Source: a virus
Lineage: Duplodnaviria; Heunggongvirae; Uroviricota; Caudoviricetes
Virus record (IMG/VR): IMGVR_UViG_2585427776_000011
DNA: 25,969 nucleotides
Strand: one strand, 5' to 3'
Shown here: piece by piece, positions 11,203 through 17,586 of the stretch
How the letters are laid out: every line of letters begins with the position of its first letter
Numbering within the stretch: position 1 is the first letter of the stretch
Translations under genes and position numbers: made by a program
Notes under the pieces: generated by a model
The model's input: the letters and a program-made list of their open reading frames with translations, nothing else
Told to the model about the DNA's origin: nothing
Databases searched by the model: none

Positions 11203-11312
11203 AAACGTTGGTTTGGGGGAAGGCTCTGCGTTGCCCGTTGGTGTACCTGTTCCGTGGCCCTCAGCCACACCGCCAGCAGGGTGGCTGAAATGTAACGGTG
11301 CAGCATTTTCTT

Positions 11313-11531
11313 CTAAAATGTACCCAAAACTGGCAAAGGCCTAGCGGAAAACTCGCTACCGGGGAGTGGTGACAGGATGTGCTCAATATTCACACGTGCA
11401 CCATAAACGGACGGGTTATAACTGGTGGCGGCAGCTTTCAGCATGTCGCCGTTGATTTCGCGCCCGTCTGCCGTTACACCGGAGACAGCCACGCGAAACT
11501 TTTTGCGGGATGTCTTTTTTTCATTAGCCAT
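11313..11531 (-). pseudogene. truncated remnant of P2 gpO-like capsid scaffold gene (N-terminal ~60 codons only)
   Basis: MANEKKTSRKKFRVAVSGVTADGREINGDML...VYGARVNIEHI resembles the gpO N-terminus as I remember it; homology stops at about 11346 where the cassette array abuts; RBS AGAGGGG before ATG 11531; divergent from P as in P2. Confidence 0.6.
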
Positions 11532-11685
11532 AGTTTTTGCCCCTCTGACTGGTTCTTCAGTCATGATGGCAAAGCGTAACAGGCTGATACAAAGGGCTTT
11601 TGTTGTAAGAAAACGGCCAGAACAGGGGGTTAAGGAGAACAGTTTCGCGCGCGGGTAATCTTCCTGTAATTACTCAGGGGGAGCA

Positions 11686-13437
11686 ATGATTCAGGACGCT
11701 TTTGTGCGCCAGCGTGCGCGGCAACTTTACTGGCAGGGTTATCCGCCCGCAGAAATATCACGTCTGATGGGAATAAACCCGAACACGATTTATGCGTGGA
11801 AAAAACGCGACCAGTGGGATGAAACGCCACCCGTGCAGCGTGTCACGCAGTCCATCGATGCGCGCCTCATCCAGCTCACTGAAAAACAGAATAAAACAGG
11901 TGGTGACTTCAAGGAAATAGACCTGCTGACCCGGCAGCTTAAAAAACTGCATGATGGCCAGCCGGATGCGACGGCCACAGGAAAGAAAGGCCGGGCGAAA
12001 AAACTCAAAAATCATTTCACGCCGGAACAGATTGCCGCACTGCGGGAAAAAATCATCAGCAGGCTGGAGTGGCATCAGCGGGGCTGGTTTGACTCCCTGA
12101 CCCTTTGCAGGGAAGCCGGGATACGTAACAGGATGATCCTGAAATCCCGACAGATTGGGGCGACCTGGTATTTTGCACAGGAAGCACTGCTGATGGCGCT
12201 GCGTGACGATGTGGCGCAACCTTACCAGCGTAACCAGATTTTTTTGTCTGCGTCGCGTCGTCAGGCGTTCCAGTTTAAAAGCATTATTCAGAAGGCCGCG
12301 GCTGAAGTTGATGTGGAGCTGAAAGGGGGCGATAAAATCATCCTCTCAAACGGCGCAGAGCTGCATTTTCTCGGCACTTCTGCTGCGTCGGCACAGTCCT
12401 ATACGGGCAATTTTTATTTTGATGAATTTTTCTGGGTCAGTCGCTTTGCCGAACTGCGCAAGGTGGCTGGCGCTATGGCAACCCTCAGCGGACTGCGGCG
12501 CACCTACTTCTCCACGCCATCCACCGAAACGCACGAGGCATACGCCTACTGGAACGGCGACCGCTGGAACGAGAAAAAGGCCACGCATAAACGCCAGCGT
12601 TTTTCTGTGGACTGGAAAACGCTGCATAACGGGCTTATCTGCCCTGACCGGACGTGGCGGCAAATTGTCACGCTGGAAGATGTGGTTAAACACGGCTGGA
12701 AACACACCGATATCGACGAAATTCGTGATGAAAACACCGAAGACGAGTTCCTCAATCTCTATATGTGTGAGTTTGTCCGCGAAGGGGAATCGGCATTTAA
12801 CCTGAATATCCTGATTGGCTGCGGTGTTGACGGATACGACGACTGGAAAGACTGGAAACCTTTTGCTCCCCGCCCGATGGGGAATCGTCCGGTATGGATT
12901 GGGTATGACGCAAACGGCAGCAGTGGCAACGGGGACAGCGGCGCTGTGTCCGTGGTGGTTCCTCCGGCTGTTCCTGGTGGCCGTTTTCGAACGGTGGAGA
13001 CGCGACGCGTTCAGGGGCTGGAGTTTGAAGAACAGGCCAGAGTCATTGAAGAGTTCACGTGTCGCTACAACGTGGAACACATCGGCATTGATGTGACGGG
13101 CGGGAACGGGGAGGCTGTTTATCAGATAGTGAAGCGGTTTTTCCCTGCTGCTATTCCGTACACCTTCACGCTGTCATCCAAACGGTCGCTGGTACTGAAA
13201 ATGCTGCAAATAATGCGTGCCGGACGGTGGGAATACGATCGCGCCGAACGCGAGCTGGTCGCGGCCTTTAACGCCGTGCGTAAGGTGAAAACACCGGGTG
13301 GCTTTATCACTTACGAAACGGACCGCGCGAGGGGGATCAGCCACGGCGACCTTGCGTGGGCAACCATGCTTGCTGTCATTAACGAACCAATTGGCGGCGA
13401 AGGAGAAAACGAGCGTTTCACGGTTATGGAGTTCTGA
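11686..13437 (+). CDS. P: P2 gpP-like terminase large (ATPase) subunit
   Basis: 583-aa ORF recognised as P2-type terminase ATPase; stop overlaps Q start (ATGA). Confidence 0.93.
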   Translation: MIQDAFVRQRARQLYWQGYPPAEISRLMGINPNTIYAWKKRDQWDETPPVQRVTQSIDARLIQLTEKQNKTGGDFKEIDLLTRQLKKLHDGQPDATATGKKGRAKKLKNHFTPEQIAALREKIISRLEWHQRGWFDSLTLCREAGIRNRMILKSRQIGATWYFAQEALLMALRDDVAQPYQRNQIFLSASRRQAFQFKSIIQKAAAEVDVELKGGDKIILSNGAELHFLGTSAASAQSYTGNFYFDEFFWVSRFAELRKVAGAMATLSGLRRTYFSTPSTETHEAYAYWNGDRWNEKKATHKRQRFSVDWKTLHNGLICPDRTWRQIVTLEDVVKHGWKHTDIDEIRDENTEDEFLNLYMCEFVREGESAFNLNILIGCGVDGYDDWKDWKPFAPRPMGNRPVWIGYDANGSSGNGDSGAVSVVVPPAVPGGRFRTVETRRVQGLEFEEQARVIEEFTCRYNVEHIGIDVTGGNGEAVYQIVKRFFPAAIPYTFTLSSKRSLVLKMLQIMRAGRWEYDRAERELVAAFNAVRKVKTPGGFITYETDRARGISHGDLAWATMLAVINEPIGGEGENERFTVMEF

Positions 13438-14483
13438 TGAGCAGAAAAAATAAAAAAATGCGCATGAGTTCACGCATTGATCTCGCTGATGCGCTCAGGA
13501 AAGAATCATCGCTCAGTGCATTCACATTTGATGGTCCTTATCGCCTGACCGGGCATGACCTGCTGGACAATATGTACTGTGCTGATAACGGGCGATGGTA
13601 TGAAACCCCGGTGGACTGGTACGGTCTGGCAAGAGCCGCCCGGCAAACGTCCTGGCATCAGTCTGCGCTTTACTTTAAGCGCAATGTATTGCTCGGTTGC
13701 TACATCCCGCACCCGCTGCTTTCCCGGCAGGATTTCTCGGCGCTGGCGCTGGACTGGTTTGTGTTCGGTAACGCATTCCTTGAGCTTCGGAGCAATATGC
13801 TCGGCGAACCACTTAAATTACGGCACGCACTGGCGAAATACATGCGACGCGGAAGCGATCTTGAATCATGGTGGTATGTGCAGGATGGCAAGGACGCGTT
13901 TCAGTTTCGCCCTGGCAAAGTGTGCCACCTGATGAATCCGGACATTAACCAGGAAATTTACGGCATGCCGGAATATCTTGGCGCATTACTCTCGGCCAGC
14001 CTGTCTCATTCGGCGGACATGTTCAGAAAATTGTATTACGACAATGGATCCCACGCCGGGTGCATCATCTACATCGGTGCAGCGCAGGTAAACCGCGAAA
14101 GCATGGACTCCCTGAAAGAAACGTTACAGGGTGCGCGTGGTGGTGGTGCGTTTAAAAACGTGCTCATCCATGCGCCCAACGGGGGCAAAGAGGGGGTGCA
14201 AATTTTGCCGTTCCAGCAGATCACCGCAAAGGATGAGTTCATGAATGTTAAGGCGGCATCCCGTGATGATGTGCTGGCTGCGCACCGCGTTCCGCCGCAA
14301 CTGATGGGGGCGATGCCGGGCGAAAAAAGTGCGTTTGGTGATGTGGAGAAGGCCGCGCGGGTTTACGCAATTAACGAGCTGATGCCTGTCATGGAGGCCA
14401 TGAAGCACATCAATGACTGGCTTGGCGAAGAGGTGATCCGCTTTAACCCTTACGCACTGTTAGACACCCAGCCCACATCCTGA
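13437..14483 (+). CDS. Q: P2 gpQ-like portal protein
   Basis: 348-aa ORF following P, portal family by sequence and synteny. Confidence 0.93.
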   Translation: MSRKNKKMRMSSRIDLADALRKESSLSAFTFDGPYRLTGHDLLDNMYCADNGRWYETPVDWYGLARAARQTSWHQSALYFKRNVLLGCYIPHPLLSRQDFSALALDWFVFGNAFLELRSNMLGEPLKLRHALAKYMRRGSDLESWWYVQDGKDAFQFRPGKVCHLMNPDINQEIYGMPEYLGALLSASLSHSADMFRKLYYDNGSHAGCIIYIGAAQVNRESMDSLKETLQGARGGGAFKNVLIHAPNGGKEGVQILPFQQITAKDEFMNVKAASRDDVLAAHRVPPQLMGAMPGEKSAFGDVEKAARVYAINELMPVMEAMKHINDWLGEEVIRFNPYALLDTQPTS

Positions 14484-14900
14484 CGCGCTTCGCTTGTCTG
14501 CTGCTTCGCCGGGGCATAAAAAATTTATCCCCCGACTCTCCAGCTCCTGTATCAGTCAGATAATTTCACGACGCTTTCCTGCTGATTGCCATCATCGACA
14601 GTCAGACTCTTACGCAATCCCACCGCGTTGACTGCATGTTCTCGCCGTCTCAGTGCGATTTTGACGGCCTTACCTTTCACCCCATCAAATCAAAAGCCCT
14701 CACGTCTTTTTCACGCTCAGCGTGAGAAATACAGCCATTCTGTTGTATCTCTGCGACATCGTTCAGGGAATGCTATTTACCCCCTGAAACGCGGGCTGTT
14801 CCCCCGTCACCTGCGCGCAGAAAAAATGCGTTTTTTTGTGCACGCACGGATCCTTGACGGATCCAGCCACCATGCGGGCCGGAAGGGCAAAAAGTCGTTC
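14484..14900. other. putative cos/packaging region (assigned by synteny only)
   Basis: In P2-like genomes cos lies just beyond the end of Q; I could not find the P2 cohesive-end sequence by eye. Region contains the palindrome CACGCTcAGCGTG (about 14709-14721). Confidence 0.3.
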
Positions 14901-14907
14901 AAAAAAA

Positions 14908-14934
14908 TTGTGCAAATTTGTGCACTATTGTGCA
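14908..14934 (+). promoter_or_regulatory. three helically phased TTGTGCA direct repeats upstream of the accessory operon
   Basis: TTGTGCA at 14908, 14918 and 14928 (10-bp period), with a fourth copy near 14837 and a CGGATCC direct repeat at about 14847-14866. Confidence 0.5.
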
Positions 14935-15013
14935 TTTGTATAGTGAAAAAAATATAGCAGAAAGTATACTTAGCGCCTTGTGGGCTACGTTAACTTTGCA
15001 GGAACATTTGGAA

Positions 15014-16393
15014 ATGAAAAAAATCAATAAAGAAGATTCTAAAAGAACCTTTTTACGTGGATGGTTGCGATTTCTTCGTAGCGTTGAGAGAGCTAAGAAA
15101 AAAAAGCCTGCGCAAGAGAAAAATGGTAGTCTTCGTTTTTCCGATGAAACAACTCCTGTCCAAAACCAAGTCGCTACGTTCATTGAAAATATATCGATTA
15201 TAAAAGAGTATGACTCATCAATTCTTCGTCGTGACGCAGAGAAGATATTAATACCTAAATATTTTGACTTATATGACAATCCAGAGAAATCTCTGCTATT
15301 TATTAGTGCAGCCACAAAATTAATTGCAAGAGGTAAATGGAAATCATATATTTTTGATTACAAGAAAAACAAAAAACACTGTCTTGGTCTTGAGTGTCTA
15401 TTAGGTGTTGCTCTTACAGCAGCAAGGCAAAGTAATATAAATTTCAAAGATACGATGATTCAGATTAATGGTATCTACCCTAAAGATGAACAGTATCTTG
15501 AAATTATCAGGGATGTCGGGCTTGTAAAAGAGATTAGTAATGCTGCACCAGGTAAAGTTCTGGACTCTACTGAAGCATCGAAAAAAGCGAATCCGAAGAA
15601 ACGAATCTTCTCTGCTGATAGTATCGGAAAGGAGAATGCTTCTGCCTTTGCCCATGACAGAAAAAATGTCACTGCTGAAAAATTTACCGCATACATAAAC
15701 GAATGCTTAAATGATCATAATTTAAAACTTGTACATGAGGCAGAAAAGCATTTAACTTCCTGCATGGGGGAACTCCTTGATAATGCGGAGCGGCATTGTG
15801 GGTTAGAGCAACGCCCACGCTGGTATTTGAGAGGTTTTGTTAATAATAACGTACGAAACCCCATATGTGAGTTGGCTGTTTTCAATTTTGGGAAAACTAT
15901 CAGCGAAACTTTTGATAATTTACCTGAGGATCATTTTTCATTAAGTCAACAAGTTAATCCATACATAAATAAGCATATTAAGAAAAAGGGTATGTTTAAG
16001 GAAGGATTAACAACAGTAGCGGCCTTGCAAGGGCGGGTGAGTTGTAAAAACGAGAAAGAAACTGACAGTTCTGGCACCGGAACAATTGAATTATTGAAGT
16101 TATTTCAAGATATGCATGATAATCTTAAAAAAATGGGAAGAGATATTAAAGGTGGGATAAAAATGACTTTAATATCTGGTAGTACTCATATTAACTTTGA
16201 TGGATCATATAAATTAAAGCAAAGGTTGGTTAATGACGAGGAAAGTGACATTTTTACTTACCCTTTTAATGATGTAGGGCTTGAATCTGAACCGGATCGC
16301 AACTATCTTAAGCGTATGAAGGATGCTCGATTTCCTGGAGTTATGATCAATATTCGTTTTCCTCTACCAGAAAACGCCACCCAGCGAACTTGA
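15014..16393 (+). CDS. hypothetical protein with GHKL-type ATPase / anti-sigma-factor serine-kinase-like motif (accessory operon gene 1)
   Basis: ATG 15014 with AGGA RBS; 459 aa, AT-rich codon usage; motif GELLDNAERHCG resembles the N-box (E..NA..H.G) of SpoIIAB/RsbW-type kinases and SSGTGTIELL a G2-like box. Function is inferred, not verified. Confidence 0.75.
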   Translation: MKKINKEDSKRTFLRGWLRFLRSVERAKKKKPAQEKNGSLRFSDETTPVQNQVATFIENISIIKEYDSSILRRDAEKILIPKYFDLYDNPEKSLLFISAATKLIARGKWKSYIFDYKKNKKHCLGLECLLGVALTAARQSNINFKDTMIQINGIYPKDEQYLEIIRDVGLVKEISNAAPGKVLDSTEASKKANPKKRIFSADSIGKENASAFAHDRKNVTAEKFTAYINECLNDHNLKLVHEAEKHLTSCMGELLDNAERHCGLEQRPRWYLRGFVNNNVRNPICELAVFNFGKTISETFDNLPEDHFSLSQQVNPYINKHIKKKGMFKEGLTTVAALQGRVSCKNEKETDSSGTGTIELLKLFQDMHDNLKKMGRDIKGGIKMTLISGSTHINFDGSYKLKQRLVNDEESDIFTYPFNDVGLESEPDRNYLKRMKDARFPGVMINIRFPLPENATQRT

Positions 16394-16403
16394 GGACAGG
16401 TAC

Positions 16404-16748
16404 ATGAAAATGGCTGACATCACCATAGATTTCAATAAGTTAGTAAAAGATAGTAACAAGAAACTTTTTGCTGGACGTTCTAATGGGCGCCAGGCCTATG
16501 ATTACTTTAATATAGGGAAATTTTGCACAACCAGTAATGATAGATTATATCTATTGATCCCCAAGGGAATTGTTGTATCAAGCTCATACTTTCTAGGTAT
16601 GCTTGAAACGGTTTTGCCGAAATTTTCTTCGCCTAGCGAATTTTATAGTCGCACTGTACTTGATGGTCGTGAATATAAAGAAGGTATGCTTTCTGAATTA
16701 GATAGAGCTGTAAGGAGAGGCTTACATAAAAATGTTCCCTTCTTTTAA
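16404..16748 (+). CDS. hypothetical small protein, STAS-like / DUF4325-like (accessory operon gene 2)
   Basis: 114 aa, RBS GAGGA; segment IVVSSSYFLGMLE resembles the serine-containing core of STAS-like domains recalled from memory; sits next to the kinase-like gene. Confidence 0.7.
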   Translation: MKMADITIDFNKLVKDSNKKLFAGRSNGRQAYDYFNIGKFCTTSNDRLYLLIPKGIVVSSSYFLGMLETVLPKFSSPSEFYSRTVLDGREYKEGMLSELDRAVRRGLHKNVPFF

Positions 16749-17541
16749 AAATATTTTTCAAATCAAAATGACAGCGCTGTCTGTCATTTTTTTTATATTC
16801 CCCGCAGCTTGCTCTGTGACAGATTTTTCCAATAAAGAAAACATTGAATGTAATGAGTCACTTTATCCAAACACGCCTTTTTATATTCCCGATTCAGGAC
16901 TTAGTGGTATATCATCACCGTTTTTGTTATCCGGAAACCCGAATGATGGCTTGATGTTTTGTGAAAAGGCAAACGACACCTTTCATAAGTTATCTCTGGC
17001 AAGGGATAACAAAAAAGATTTATTTGCTAATTATTTCAAAGATGTTCCAAATTCCTATGATATATATAATATTGTAAAGGTTCCGGAAAATGGTCCAGAG
17101 TGGATTTCTATTGGCATCTCTTTATTTGCTTTAGTTTCATCCTTTGTTATTCCTTGTGTTCAACATAGAAAAGAACGTAAAGAAGCTATTAATGAAGGGT
17201 ATTGGGTAAGAGAAGTAATTATGCCTAAAATTAATGGGTTGGCATTCGATGTTGTGCAAAGTTTTAAAAACTCCATGGCATTATCAGAAGAGGAGTTTCT
17301 TAGTGTATTCAGTAATACTCTTTTACCAAAACTAGGAGAGTTACGGGATTCATTATATTTGTTTAATAGTTTTCCAGAATTAAATGCAGATATTGAAAAT
17401 CTAGAAAGTATTTGTGACTCCTTGGAGGAAGAAGTTTCCAATCATATAGACTCGCCTAATGAAATAAGAATTTCTGATATATCAATGTTTCATTCCAAAT
17501 TAATACAGAAATTAATTTTACTTCATAAGAAGATAGGTTGA
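16732..17541 (+). CDS. hypothetical membrane protein (accessory operon gene 3)
   Basis: 269 aa; N-terminal hydrophobic signal-like segment MTALSVIFFIFPAAC (lipobox-like Cys) and an internal hydrophobic helix WISIGISLFALVSSFVIPCV; overlaps the end of gene 2. Confidence 0.7.
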   Translation: MFPSFKNIFQIKMTALSVIFFIFPAACSVTDFSNKENIECNESLYPNTPFYIPDSGLSGISSPFLLSGNPNDGLMFCEKANDTFHKLSLARDNKKDLFANYFKDVPNSYDIYNIVKVPENGPEWISIGISLFALVSSFVIPCVQHRKERKEAINEGYWVREVIMPKINGLAFDVVQSFKNSMALSEEEFLSVFSNTLLPKLGELRDSLYLFNSFPELNADIENLESICDSLEEEVSNHIDSPNEIRISDISMFHSKLIQKLILLHKKIG

Positions 17542-17586
17542 TTTTCAAGGCCTCCTTATTCCTAGGGCGGCCTTAGCTCTATATTT

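Larger units (their letters stand above)
9766..11345 (+). repeat. tandem direct array of 3.5 tail-fibre C-terminal cassettes (units start at 9766, 10206, 10684, 11201)
   Basis: Each unit begins GAAAACGTTGGTTTGGGGGAAGGCTCTGC and has a conserved ~50-codon 5' part, a variable middle and a conserved 3' end (...NIAFNYIVRA); unit lengths about 440, 478 and 517 bp; fourth unit truncated. Confidence 0.85.

Noticed and set aside
9766-11345. CRISPR array (regular ~480-bp repeats)
   Set aside because: Repeat units are hundreds of bp long and protein-coding with conserved ends and variable centres; not short repeats with spacers, and no cas genes present.
12346-13080. 244-aa ORF antisense to terminase gene P
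   Set aside because: Fully embedded in a confidently assigned gene on the other strand; no independent start signals noticed.
14484-14900. Exact P2 cohesive-end (cos) sequence
   Set aside because: Looked for the GC-rich 19-nt P2/186 cos core as remembered and did not find it; the region is kept only as a synteny-based placeholder.
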